A DNA stretch of 63,976 nucleotides, filler included, from Octopus bimaculoides (Eukaryota), in assembly GCF_001194135.2 (NCBI RefSeq). It is 12 parts of 9 records of this genome, joined end to end, with 100 filler letters (N's around TTAATTAATTAA, not from the genome) between each part and the next. Parts side by side here need not be neighbours in the genome. Positions count along the whole stretch, not along the records: positions 19,201 to 24,749 come from NC_068981.1; positions 24,850 to 39,263 come from NC_068987.1; 10 more parts are not named here. One strand, 5' to 3'. Position 1 is the first letter of the stretch, and each line of letters begins with the position of its first letter. Positions 23,029-37,526 of the stretch are shown here, in pieces. The notes beneath the pieces were generated by a model. That model saw only the letters and a program-made list of their open reading frames with translations. It did no database searches and was not told where the DNA came from. Both the position numbers and the translations under genes were made by a program.

Positions 23029-24528
23029 CACTGAACCGCAAAAGAAACGCGAGATGTGTGTGACTGTGAAATATATTTTAATTTCATTATGTCAGAGATG
23101 AATTTTGATAAATCTGATAAAGTTAATTTCTTGGATGCACCTTGACCACAGTCTATGGGTCGTCGTCATGTGTTCTGGTAGTAGGTGGATCTAGCACATC
23201 GAGATTCTAGGGCGTGACATGTTCAATACCATCTATGCCCTTCCTGGATATTCAAAACGGCCATACGCCGTCGTTCCATGGAGTGCATGAGGCGGTTCAC
23301 AAAAGCCATTGGAACCTGTGTTCAGACCCCGAGGAAAGCTGCCTCCAGTTCCACACAGGTTGTCGGTCTTGGGACTATCTGATTCTGATTCAGCCGTTTC
23401 TGGATTACATCTCACAAGGGTTCAGTTGGGTCAAATCCGGGCTGAGAGCCTGCTACGCCATGGTTCTGATGTGTTGGCGCAGTAAGTCCATGGTGACCCT
23501 GGCGATGTGGAAGGGAGCATTGTCCTGCTGGAATACGTGGCTATGGTGACGAGGCAAGAAGCGCATGATGTGAAGTTTTAGGAACTGGTCAACGTAGCGC
23601 TGCGCTGCGATGCCATTCCTTCTCCCTGCACCAACATTTTGGAACACATGGAGCCCAGTTTTCTGATTCAGGCCTGTATCACTCCCAACCATGATGCTTT
23701 GGCTACCCCACGCATCTCTCTCTATGACACATGCGTCTCTGTAGCGCTCACCCCTCCTATGCCACACCCTCACTCTGCTATCCGAGGTGAAAACACAGCA
23801 CAAGCTCTCGTCAGAGAAGACTATCGACCTCCATTGTTGATGCCGCCAATGTCGGTGTTGTAGTCGTACCTGACGGCGGAAGGCGGTGAGGACAGCTTTT
23901 CGAGCAGGATGATGGTGACGCATGTTGTTGGTGGTCAGTCGACGTCGTACCGTGTCGTCGCTGATGGGTCACTTTCCTGTGCCAATGGTCTCGCGAGCTG
24001 TCATGCTGGCCGGTCTGAAGCGATCACAGAGGTGTTGCAGATGGATGAAGAAGTCCCGTATGGGCGTGGTCACTCGAGGACGCCCTCTGTGGGCACGGTC
24101 TGCAGTGCTGATTGTGTTGTATCGCTTTTGCAGGCGATATATGTTGGTGACATGGCCATTGTAAGCTTTCGCAATAAATAGGGTACGCTGCCTTGCATGC
24201 AATCGATCGGTAGCTTGTTTTCTATGCACTGCTGACAATCGGGTCGTACCTGATGCATCTAAATTACGAATACCAGGAACGCAGTTCAAGTTGGTTTTTA
24301 TACCAATAACCTCTAAAAGATGCACATACATTGCGGTTTTCATGAGAATTGTTTGCGACTGCCACCCACGGAATTCAACGCAGATGCGTTTTGGCGTCTA
24401 TTTTCAGGAAAAGTTGAAAGGTTAACTGCAATTTGGGTGTTAGCAATAAACCAGAATGTCTTGGAATATTTATGCTTACCATATAAAAATGACATTTGAA
24501 AAAATCGCGTTTCTTTTGCAGTTCAGTG
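23029..24528 (-). mobile_element. Full-length (1500 bp) Tc1 transposon with frameshifted DD34E-type transposase
   Basis: 24-bp TIR CACTGAAC(C/T)GCAAAAGAAACGCGA with one mismatch; TA TSD at 23027-28 and 24529-30; fragments GRPRVTTP, VFSDES, FQQDNAPFH and SPDL.P.E. Confidence 0.95.
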
Positions 24529-24619
24529 TATTCGAAAATTATTGATGCATTCCTTGACATAAAACACGAAATTATCGTACAAAGAATTTTAGGTAGTGAT
24601 ACAAGTTGCAGTAGGTCGG

Positions 24620-24703
<84 letters not shown>

Positions 24704-24895
24704 CCTACCTACCTATCTACCTATCTGTCTATCTATCTATCTATCTATCNNNNNNNNNNNNNNNNNNNNNNNNNNNNNNNNNNNNNNNNNNNNTTAATTA
24801 ATTAANNNNNNNNNNNNNNNNNNNNNNNNNNNNNNNNNNNNNNNNNNNNTATATATATATTGTTGTACTTGGGGATGGTCATATTGCCAGTTTAA

Positions 24896-24932
<37 letters not shown>

Positions 24933-25299
24933 ATTTGATTTGTTCGTCTTAAACCCATCGAGTGCCCCAGCATGGCCACCGAAAGGATCAAGGAAAAATT
25001 AAAGAATAAAAAAACAAATTTCCAGTGTCTCATTGAAAGAAGCGATCGTGGATGTAGCCTACATTTAAGAGATGCATTTTGGCAAATTGGTTCTGTCCAG
25101 CTTGTAAGGTTTCTTCTTAGTGACTCGTTTCTTGAACGTGGTTTCGCATCGGAATGTAATCAGCTGTTTGAGTGTAAGTATGTTATTATACGTTGTTGTT
25201 GTATGTTATTATACGTTGAGGAGTATGATGATGATGTGGTGGTAGTGGTGGTGATTGCTCTTTTTTGTTGATTTATGATGAATAGAAAAGATTAAACGA

Positions 25300-26030
25300 C
25301 GTTCATTTTATCTGCGGTTAATATTCATTATTTCCTTGTTTAGCTGAATTGTTAGTACATTTTGAGTTCTGAGACAGAAATGAAGTATGAGACAGTGGGA
25401 ACACAAGGAAATGAAAAGGGTGTCAGTTGGCGACATAGGGTGGGGGGCGACGACAGGAGTGACGAAGCGAAGAAAGGGTGAATGAAGAGGAATAAGGGAG
25501 AGATTAGAAAGACGCTCACAACGAAGTGTTAAACAGCAGCGTGGGATTAAGACATGCGATAAGCGTACATAAACATACACACACATGTAAAGGTACGCAT
25601 AGAGATACAAACATGCAGGAAAGGAGGAAATTTGGTAGGGGAAGAAAGTTCGCTTAGTAGGGGTCAAGAGAGAAATATGTAGCTGGGAGAAGGGAGCGGG
25701 TACAGACAGACACACACACGCACATGGATATGTACGAAAGCTCGTGAATGTGAGAAAAGGGAAGGAAACTGGGTCATAGCTAGACAAGGGGGAGATGAAA
25801 GGGCTACAAGAAGGCAAAGCGTTCATTGACGCCTACTTGAGGAGCTGAGACTGACCTAAGATAAGTCGTTCCTTATGTTAAAGGGTTTAATAGGATCAAG
25901 GGTGCGCAGTAACTAAGAAAATCGAAAGGAGGTCGGTTGGGTGATTAGGTAAATTGTAATGTTAGGCCGAGTGTTCAAGAGTCATCGAGTATTTAAGGGT
26001 ACAAGGAGATGCTGGCGAAAGCGATCATCT
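25300..26030 (-). mobile_element. Penelope-like element 3' fragment (GIY-YIG end plus pLTR-like tail)
   Basis: Minus strand gives LDDRFRQHL and APQVGVNERFAFL* (stop near 25810), like the PLE endonuclease C-terminus. A pyrimidine-rich tail follows, with a family-2-like remnant CTGTC...CTCAAAATGTA at 25355-25380. Confidence 0.6.
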
Positions 26031-26033
26031 AGA

Positions 26034-26110
26034 CCAGGTGTTCTCAACTAGGGTCCGTATGGCCCATGAGGGTTCGTATAAGATTTTTGCAAGTCCACGC
26101 AGGAAAATAG
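26034..26110 (+). mobile_element. hAT (Charlie-type) element left end
   Basis: CAGGTGTTCTCAACTAGGGTCCG resembles CAGGGGTTCTCAAC TIRs; the matching right end was not found. Confidence 0.4.
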
Positions 26111-26914
26111 TAAATTTTTGATTCGATAAGTCAATAGTCTGTACTCCAATATATCGGAAGCGATATAGAGGAGCAATCCTTTGTATATAAGCACGTAGTT
26201 AGCTGGCTACACTCCATCGACAAGGTCTAAGGGCCGAAATGCATGTGGAGTTCTTGCTAGCCGCTGCTGGAACAATTTTCGTCACCTTCTGATATATATA
26301 TTTTGTTTTTATACACAGCATGTCCATAGGAGGTATTATCTACAAGCGATATACGCATGGGTCATCTTGACTGTCTTGCTTATGTACAAAACTAACAGGT
26401 ATCGTCTGATAAAAAAAAACAATCTAGCCCTTTGATTAAGCACTCAACGTTGATAATAAAAAATGGACAGATATAGTAATATGCGAAAACCTCTTCTGAC
26501 AGCGGCGCCATTTTCGCTACAAGACAAAATTTCCAATAAGTACCATGGATATTCATCATTTCTTAAATAGACATTTAAAACCTATTTGGAAAAGATCCTG
26601 CTTTTTGTACAATAGTTGCTATTTTAAAATACTTGATTTTTTCACATATATATTTTTTAATGTTGGTATAAGAATGTTCCTAAATAAACGAGGAATGGTT
26701 ACTTGGTAAACTGATACACTCAACTACAAATTTAATATCAAAAGTACTTTATGGTTTTGGAAAGATATCAAGCAAACTAGATACTGAAGTTATATAGAAC
26801 GTTATATAAAACCACCCAAATCTATATTATTCCGGTAAAAATACGTATTTTGAAGTTTTTATCAGAATGATCCAGTGACCAATTGAACGTTGCTTTTTTT
26901 TTGTTTTTATCTTT

Positions 26915-27038
26915 TATCTTGTTTCAGTCATTGGACAGCGGCCATGCAAGAGCACCACCATGAAGGGTTTCAGTCGAACAAATTGACCCCAGAACTTATT
27001 TTTTTCAGTCTGTTACATAGTCTACCGGTTATCTTACA

Positions 27039-27092
<54 letters not shown>

Positions 27093-27590
27093 AGAAATTA
27101 AGATAAAGACAGGTTTATAAATTAGTTTCTACGTACGTTTCACTATCATGGTTACTTGGAATCCTGCATCTGGGTTTTCCAAGTGCATATGGATGATTCA
27201 TCAGAATGGATCATCAAGGAACATTTTATTGCATTAAGTTACTGTGAACTAATATCACACACATGCATACATACACACATACATAAATACATACATACAT
27301 ACATACATACATGCACGCATTTATACAACATATAAACATAAGTACATATACATGTATGAATAAGTGTGTTTTATTTTGTTTCGCCCTATTACCACTACTA
27401 TTTGACAATCGCTGTTGTTTTGTTTACGTTTTTTGTAATTTGTGGTTCGACACAGGAAACTGACAGAACGTGTTTCAGATTTTGACAAAAATAAGTACTG
27501 GGGTGAATTTGTTCGACTACCTCTTCCAAGGTGGTGGCCCTTACATGGTTGCAGTCTAATGACAGAAATAAGTGAAAGATAAAATTTTGA
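26915..27590. mobile_element. Two CORE-SINE tails in opposite orientation (26915-27040 minus; 27385-27590 plus)
   Basis: CTTGTTTCAGTCATTGGACAGCGGCCATGC on the left; ACATGGTTGCAGTCTAATGACAGAAATAAG on the right. Confidence 0.7.
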
Positions 27591-27949
27591 CCAATCTTCT
27601 CTGATCCAAGCGACTATAAATGCTTAATGAGGACCCAGTACCCAACAACCATGTTTTTCATTGCTTTATGATAATCCATAACATTAATCCTGTGATTTTA
27701 GACTCGAGAAAAAGTATTTAATCTCCATAAGCGATATTATCTCCGGAGGAATTTCGCAATTATTTTGGTTTTCTATCATGTATCTACATTAGATATAATA
27801 CACAGATTGCAATTTTAATCTAATACTGCTTTTATTGCATATAACGAATTTTATTCAGCCGATCAGCTAATTGCAGCATCAGTGATTTCTTTTCTTTTCA
27901 GTCACTGTTTTATATCTGTGGCGAAGGTTTCTGTATTCTTTTCTTTTCT

Positions 27950-28012
27950 ACTCAGAACGTTGTGGCGGGCGAAATACTGCTAAGCATTCCATCCAGCGCG
28001 CTCGCCGCCTTT
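27950..28012 (-). mobile_element. Head fragment of the Meta-like tRNA SINE
   Basis: The reverse complement reads AGGCGGCGAGCGCGCTGG...GCTTAGCAGTATTTCGCCCGCCACAACGTTCTGAGT. Confidence 0.7.
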
Positions 28013-28121
28013 ACTCGTACTAGAAATGTTGTAAGTAAGCATTAAACCGTCAGTTAAAGGCGGCGAAAATATGGTTCCATTCTATTATTTAATTAGAAAA
28101 ATAATAAAAGATGTAATTTGC

Positions 28122-28375
28122 TCCAAGATTATTTTAATTTGTTTCGAGATTATTTTAATTTCTTTCCAGACTATCTTAATTTGTTTCGATATAGTTTTAA
28201 TTTGTTTCGAGATTATTTTAAGTTGCTTCGAGATTATTTTGATTTCTTTTAAGATTACTTTAATTTGCTTTTAAGATGACTTTCATTTGTTACAAGTTTC
28301 ATTTGTTACGAGATTCTTTTGTTACGAGATTATTTTGATTTGCTGTGATATTATTTTAATTTGTTTCGAGGTAGA
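28122..28375. repeat. 21-bp AT-rich minisatellite (~11-12 degenerate units)
   Basis: Unit GAGATTATTTTAATTTGTTTC; no unique spacers. Confidence 0.9.
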
Positions 28376-28544
28376 TTTGATTAACTTAGAGATTAGATTA
28401 TAATTAAAAGGAACTTCAAAAAAATGTATTCGCCTTTCATCTGCTTAGCACCTTGAAGCCGAAATTAGGCAAGGTAGTGTATTTTTGGAGGTTAAAAAGT
28501 CAAACTGTTATCAATATACGTACTTATGCACACACACAAAGCTG

Positions 28545-28583
<39 letters not shown>

Positions 28584-28975
28584 NNNNNNNNNNNNNNNNN
28601 NNNNNNNNNNNNNNNNNNNNNNNNNNNNNNNNNNNNNNNNNNNNNNNNNNNNNNNNNNNNNNNNNNNNNNNNNNNNNNNNNNNNNNNNNNNNNNNNNNNN
28701 NNNNNNNNNNNNNNNNNNNNNNNNNNNNNNNNNNNNNNNNNNNNNNNNNNNNNNNNNNNNNNNNNNNNNNNNNNNNNNNNNNNNNNNNNNNNNNNNNNNN
28801 NNNNNNNNNNNNNNNNNNNNNNNNNNNNNNNNNNNNNNNNNNNNNNNNNNNNNNNNNNNNNNNNNNNNNNNNNNNNNNNNNNNNNNNNNNNNNNNNNNNN
28901 NNNNNNNNNNNNNNNNNNNNNNNNNNNNNNNNNNNNNNNNNNNNNNNNNNNNNNNNNNNNNNNNNNNNNNNNNNN

Positions 28976-29007
<32 letters not shown>

Positions 29008-29550
29008 GTGTGTCTACGAACAGTTAATATTTATAATGATTTATACTACAGAAATTTTGTCACAAGATCTTATACAATGATTTTGTGCCTATCGCGCCAA
29101 AGTGCTACCAACCAGAAATAGCCACCCAATATACCTCAATGAAATCATACGTCATTGCCATAAATATGAAAGAAAGATAATTCTCATATACTAGCCATCT
29201 AAACAATACATGCGCACACATTAAGAAAAAGAAAATTATAACCATACATAAACCGGATTCTCCTCTCTAATCGTGCAAAGCTGTTCAAGGTCTTAACAAC
29301 AACAACAACAACAGCATTTGTTTGTTTATAAACAAATGCGTGTGAGATTGCATAAGTGCGTTCATAATCATTTCAACCAATTATCTTTTTGCTGGCGATA
29401 AAAAAAGATGAAGTGAATTGATATGACGCAAATCTTGATGTACTGAATACTGAGAAGGCATTGTTTTCTCATATAATGTGGCTGAAGACTGGTTTGCAAT
29501 TTCGTGGTTTCGGGTTCAATCCTGTAGCAGGGCGTCACATACATACATAA

Positions 29551-29591
<41 letters not shown>

Positions 29592-29593
<2 letters not shown>

Positions 29594-30003
29594 GTAAATC
29601 CTCGAGTAAAGTCCGCCCTTGAGTATAATACGCAGGGAATTTTTAGGGTGCTGTACCTCTGAAAAAACTAAACCTTGTATATAATACGCACCCCTTCTTT
29701 AACTTGAGTCAAAGAGGTCTATATAACGTCCTTGGTTTGTAAACATATATACGGTAACGTCCTTTATTATTATTGTATATATAACAATGCAGATGTGTAG
29801 CTTTTTCGTGCACATTGTTTGCAGAAAATAAAGAAATAACAGTAATAACGTCAGTGAAAAATAAATATTAAGTAAATTGTCTTTCACATATTTATCACTT
29901 AGAAAATTTTGCTTAGAAAATATTTTTCATTTTTAACCTCGTATATAGTACGCACTAGAAATTTTGACCTCTNNNNNNNNNNGATTATACTCGAGGATTT
30001 ACG

Positions 30004-30004
<1 letters not shown>
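29592..30004. mobile_element. pogo/Tigger-type MITE in a (TA)n tract
   Basis: TIRs CCGTAAATCCTCGAGTA / TACTCGAGGATTTACGA flanked by TA; internal repeated GTATAATACGCA-like motifs. Confidence 0.8.
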
Positions 30005-30057
<53 letters not shown>

Positions 30058-30149
30058 ATATATGTATACATATATATATATATATATATAAATATATATA
30101 TAAACCAGAAATGGAATCAGCTTTCAAATATTTCTTAGCATCAAAGCCA

Positions 30150-30290
30150 AGAAGTTTACTTCTCAACCACGTGGTTCCGAGGTTAATACCGCCGCGTGGC
30201 ACCTTGGGCGAGTGTCTTCTGCTATAGCTCTGGGTTGACCAAGCCCTTGTGAGTGGATTTGTTTGGCGGGAACTGCAATAAGTCGTACAT
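30150..30290 (+). mobile_element. CORE-type SINE head
   Basis: CAACCACGTGGTTCCGAGG...GCGTGGCACCTTGGGCGAGTGTCTTCTGCTATAGC. Confidence 0.8.
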
Positions 30291-31234
30291 ACATAAATAT
30301 AAACGCAGACTCAGTAGTGACTCCGGACTCAAACTGTTCGGGCTTGGCCCGAGTATAAATTTAGTAAAGTGATTTTGTATTTGCATGCTGATCTAATTCC
30401 TGCCAACACTGACTTCAGGTATGTAATTGTAGCCAATAACTTGGGCTCCTTTTATTGAGCCTGGTCACAGTTCATTTATTTTCGTTCAGCGTCTGGCGGT
30501 CGACTTAGAAGTGCCTTGTGTCAAAAAGTATCATTCGTAACAGACGTTCTTTCGACATCGTTCACAGGTACCTGACTCAGGCTCAGAAGTTACAACCCGA
30601 GTTGTTAACCATAATCGTAAAAACTAAAAGTAATTCAAATTCAATGTTTTCTTGAAATTATAAATTTCTATAGAGCTTGGATTTAAATTCCGATCTACGA
30701 AAAGATTCCTTTCTACAATATTTTTAAAGGAACGAAAATTATCCAGCAATTCAGGCTAATACGAACGAGCCTGGTAGGTGTAAAATACTAACTGGCATCT
30801 CTTGTCAAGAGTACAGGCGACAGTCAGATCGCTGATGTTCGTTGTGGACTTTGCTGTCGTTATTTGTTTGCTGTTATTCTGTGTGTCTGAGTGTAAAGAT
30901 CAGTTGTGTTTTGCAGGGTTGCTTTATTTTTACCCTTAACTTAGAAATGGAGAAGGACATAGTGCTAGGTATAAAAATAAGCCATTTGGGGCTAGAAATA
31001 TAGCGGAAAAACATGAAATTCTTCGAGTAGGCATGTGTCTTATGCGAATTCTGCGATGAGTCCGAGTGACGCTGATGATCTGGTGTCGCTTCTGATACAT
31101 ACATACACACATACATGCATACACATGTATGTATAGATGTAGGTATGTATGTGTGTGTGTGTGTGTGGGTGGGTGTGAGTACGTGTGTGCGTGTGTGTAA
31201 TGATATTCCCCAGAGTCCTTGAAAGCCGATTGTG

Positions 31235-31800
31235 TTGCATGCTCAACGTCTGTAGTCGCTTATGTGAATTCTTGGGCCGAAATAAGGTTTACAAATACAG
31301 TTGCAGGTCGAACAAGGATCACTGCTTGTTTGGGGTAGGAGCAGACGCCTATCTGTGTCGGTCAAGGCTTGCCCTGAGGTGTTGCAAACGCCGATTGGTT
31401 GGGAAGTTGTTTGCTGCCTTGGCGCGTTGATTATACATCGTGTTCCGGCTAGCCGTAGAACACTCGAGTCCTGTCCCTTACAGGTAGGCCTTGAGGCTGC
31501 CTTTATACCGCTTTCTTGGGCGACCTCGGGCACAAGTGCCCCACTCCAGTTCTCTGCAGATTAACTGTCGAAGCATCCTAAATTTATGCAAGCGGATGAT
31601 GTGGTAGGTCCATCGAAGATGAGACTGTAGGATCTTAATTTCAGTGCTTGTAGAGTTGGCTCTGGCCAAGAATGTCAGGGTGGAGATGACGTCCCGCCAC
31701 CGGATTTGCTTCATTGTTGGTGAAGCCGTTCAGGCTGTTTGATTTGTCTGCGATGCACTGGCTACATTTGACATTCATACAAGAGGGATGAGAGCACATC
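31235..31800 (-). mobile_element. RTE (BovB-type) LINE 3' fragment
   Basis: IRWRDVISTLTFLARANSTSTEIKILQSHLRWTYHIIRL...ELEWGTCARGRPRKRYKGSLK, then PCSTCNCICKPYFGPRIHI. Confidence 0.9.
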
Positions 31801-31839
31801 ATTGTAGAGCTAGCTTGGTAGCTAGCTTGGTAGCTAGTT

Positions 31840-33600
<1,761 letters not shown>

Positions 33601-33896
33601 TTCTAAAGTGAGTAACTTTCAGAAAAGGTAAAAGAAAACTACTCAACGTTGTTATGTTGGCTAGCTCATTGTTATTGTTTTCCTAATGTCTCAGTCTATC
33701 TCTTGTTTACGTATTTGGGTTAAAGCTGGGACTAAATAGCCTATTCAATTCATTAATATGTAAATAACTCAGTAACCCAGAGACATAATTTTTACATATA
33801 AACAGACAGCATATTGCGTTGTTTTTGATTAAGAAAACGAACAGAAAAACCATGCAGGCGAATAGAGGTAAATCAATAGGTAGATAGGTAGGTATG

Positions 33897-33959
<63 letters not shown>

Positions 33960-33986
33960 NNNNNNNNNNGAGAAAGAGAGAGAGAT

Positions 33987-34021
<35 letters not shown>

Positions 34022-34168
34022 TTGGCCAGAAGATAGAGATAGACGGATGGATGCATAGATAGATAGATAACGATTAATATTTAATAGCTCGACAGATTAA
34101 TGAAAATATATCTGACAACTAAATTACGAGAAAGCGGATTTTAAATTACGCTTAGCTACACATAACAC

Positions 34169-34203
<35 letters not shown>

Positions 34204-34834
34204 CACACACACATCACACACCACACACATTAAGTACATACACCCTCTATAACACGAAAGCATATACATAATACACGTATTATGCTGACATACAATCGCT
34301 TCATACACTGGTCTACACATGTTCCAGTGTAAATGAAAAGAGCGCCATTAGCAGCGTTCGTAAACAAACGTTTTACTATGTGGAGAGAGAAGAGACTTCA
34401 TTCATATAAAGCCAGCCACAAATTTTGTGTAGTTTGATATTGTGGAAATTTTGTTGTATAGATGCCGTACTGCGCGTGTATGCGTAGGTGTATATATATA
34501 TACACATATATACATATAAATATATATGTATATATATATAGAGTTATTAATATTTTTAAGTCTCTCTAGTTTCAGGGTGCATCTGTGTGTGTGTGTGTGT
34601 GTGTGAGTGTGTATTATATTTTAATAGCAAGAATGGGAGTAGTAGATACTAGGAGTGTACGAGCGCGTGTATATTTATTTCGTGATGTATGCGTACGTTT
34701 ATGTGTGTGTTTATATATATAATACTCTATGTAAATATATTTGCAATTTATGTTTATATATGTTTATTTTTCTAAATATATCTAGATATCTCTCTCTCAC
34801 TCTCTTTCTCTCTGTCTATATACAGACAATATAG

Positions 34835-34883
<49 letters not shown>

Positions 34884-34922
34884 GTTTCTCTGTATCACTA
34901 CATCTCTCCTTCCCCCTCCCTG

Positions 34923-34979
<57 letters not shown>

Positions 34980-35014
34980 ATGTATTATGTATATATGTGT
35001 GTGTGTGTGTGTGT

Positions 35015-35172
35015 GACGGGCTTCTTTCAGTTTCTGTCTATCAAATCAACTCATATGGCTTGGGTCGGCCCGTGGCAATAGAAGACACTTGTCCAAGGCG
35101 GGACTGAACAGTGGGACTGAACCCAGAACCATATGGTTGGTAAGCAAGCTACTTACTACATAGCCACTCCTG
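35015..35172 (-). mobile_element. CORE-type SINE head
   Basis: GACGGGCTTCTTTCAGTTTC...GGTAAGCAAGCTACTTACTACATAGCCACTCCTG. Confidence 0.85.
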
Positions 35173-35400
35173 CTATATATATACATGTATGTATGTATCT
35201 ATGTATGTGTGTGTGTGTATTTATGTTTGTGTGCATATATGTGTGTGTATGTGTAAGAGAGAGAGAAAGAAAGACAAACAGATAACGGGAAGAGAGAGAG
35301 AGCTAAATTACATTTGTTTTATTCATTAGACTGGAACGAACAAAGAGAGGCGGGCAGACAGACGTGTAAGCACACGTCTCTCTCTCACCTTTCATATATA

Positions 35401-35434
<34 letters not shown>

Positions 35435-36258
35435 NNNNNNNNNNNNNNNNNNNNNNNNNNNNNNNNNNNNNNNNNNNNNNNNNNNNNNNNNNNNNNNNNN
35501 NNNNNNNNNNNNNNNNNNNNNNNNNNNNNNNNNNNNNNNNNNNNNNNNNNNNNNNNNNNNNNNNNNNNNNNNNNNNNNNNNNNNNNNNNNNNNNNNNNNN
35601 NNNNNNNNNNNNNNNNNNNNNNNNNNNNNNNNNNNNNNNNNNNNNNNNNNNNNNNNNNNNNNNNNNNNNNNNNNNNNNNNNNNNNNNNNNNNNNNNNNNN
35701 NNNNNNNNNNNNNNNNNNNNNNNNNNNNNNNNNNNNNNNNNNNNNNNNNNNNNNNNNNNNNNNNNNNNNNNNNNNNNNNNNNNNNNNNNNNNNNNNNNNN
35801 NNNNNNNNNNNNNNNNNNNNNNNNNNNNNNNNNNNNNNNNNNNNNNNNNNNNNNNNNNNNNNNNNNNNNNNNNNNNNNNNNNNNNNNNNNNNNNNNNNNN
35901 NNNNNNNNNNNNNNNNNNNNNNNNNNNNNNNNNNNNNNNNNNNNNNNNNNNNNNNNNNNNNNNNNNNNNNNNNNNNNNNNNNNNNNNNNNNNNNNNNNNN
36001 NNNNNNNNNNNNNNNNNNNNNNNNNNNNNNNNNNNNNNNNNNNNNNNNNNNNNNNNNNTCCAAGAAAATGTATATTTATATAAATATACAATACATATTT
36101 GTCTCTGTGCGTATTTATTCATATTATATAACATTGTGTAAGTGTGTGTACGTGTGTGTGTGTAAAGTTCAATAAAAAAAGTTAAACATAGACATTTGAG
36201 CGTATATCTGTATACGTAAGTAAAATGGCGGGAATATAGCCACGTAACAATGGGCGGA

Positions 36259-36315
36259 GAAGAAGAAGAAGAAGAAGAAGAAGAAGAAGAAGAAGAAGAA
36301 GAAGAAGAAGAAGAA
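36259..36315 (+). repeat. Pure (GAA)19 tract
   Basis: 57 bp uninterrupted, next to a GA-rich polypurine region. Confidence 0.95.
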
Positions 36316-36977
36316 TGGGCGAAAGGGGGACAGGGAGAGAAAGAGAGTTCATGAGAAAGAAAACAAAAAAAATAATGAAAAGACATTAAAAATACGAAGC
36401 GACAGAAGGATTTATGTATATTATATATGGGAATGTGTTTGAGAAAAAATAAGCTAGTGTTTGTTGAAGGACAAAATGAGAGAGGGACAGAGAGAGAGGG
36501 ACAGAGAGAGAGGGGGAGAGAGAGAGGGAGGAAGAAGAGGTGGGACTGTGAGGGAGGGAGAGAGAGAGAGTAATACGCAAAATAGCGGTTTTAAAGTTGT
36601 CAGAAAGGAATAGAAGCGTAAAAACGACGGGAAATATGTTTTAAAGCATTTTTGCCCTTGTTTGCAAACGCTTACATATTCATTATACATACATACATAC
36701 ATACATACATACATACATACATACAAGTCTATATTTATACCTACACACGCTCTTACATACATGTGCAGACATGCATACGTACAAACATGCCTATATTTAT
36801 ACATACATACATACATACATACATATAAACGCTCACATACATACATGAACACAAATGCATATATACATACATGCCTATATTTATACATACACACGCTTTC
36901 ACATGCATGCACACGCACGCATACATACATACATACAAACATACATGCATACATGCAAATATATTATTCTTTTATTC

Positions 36978-37325
36978 TTTTACTTGTTTCAGTCATTTGA
37001 CTGGCCATACTGGAGCACCGCCTTTAGTCGAACAAATCGCCCCCCAGGACTTATTCTTTGTAAGCCTAGTACTTATTCTATCGGTTTCTTATGCTGAACC
37101 GCTATGTTACAGGGATGTAAACACGTCAAAATCGGTTGCCAAGCGATGGTGGGTAACAGATACGCACACACATATGCACGACGGGCTTCTTTCAGTTTCC
37201 GTCTGCCAAATCCAGTCACAAGGCTTTGGTCGGCCCGAGGCTATAATAGAAAACACTTGCCCAAGGTGCCACGCAGTGGGAATGAACCCGGTTGGAAAGC
37301 AAGCTACTTACCACACAACCACGCT
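36978..37325 (-). mobile_element. Full-length CORE-type SINE (head, CA hinge, tail)
   Basis: Tail GTTTCAGTCATTTGACTG...CGGTTGCCAAGCGATG, hinge, head GACGGGCTTC...CTACTTACCACACAACCAC. Confidence 0.9.
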
Positions 37326-37382
37326 TGACTCTATATGTTTGTATATCCGTATATACACACATGCATATAGACTTGGTGTGGA

Positions 37383-37526
37383 AGGCGCGTATCTTAGTGG
37401 TTAGGGTGTTCGGCCCGCGATCGTACGGTTTTGAGTTCGATTCAAGGCGGGGCGTTGTGTCCTTGAGCAAGGCACTTTATTTCACGTTGCTCCACTTTAC
37501 TCATCTGGCAAAAATGAGTAGTACCT
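37383..37526 (+). mobile_element. tRNA SINE of another family (same as 50442-50690)
   Basis: GGCGCGTATCTTAGTGGTTAGGG...GAGTTCGATTC...TTGTGTCCTTGAGCAAGGCACTT. Confidence 0.8.

Noticed and set aside
31051-31100. GATGAGTCCGAGTGACG and CTGATGA look hammerhead-like
   Set aside because: The first lacks C3U4 and a following GAAA; the second has no stem II or GAAA.
34278-34299. TATTATGCTGA resembles the 5' end of miR-1993
   Set aside because: The 3' half differs, and the local fold is only a 7-bp stem with a 4-nt loop, not a pre-miRNA.
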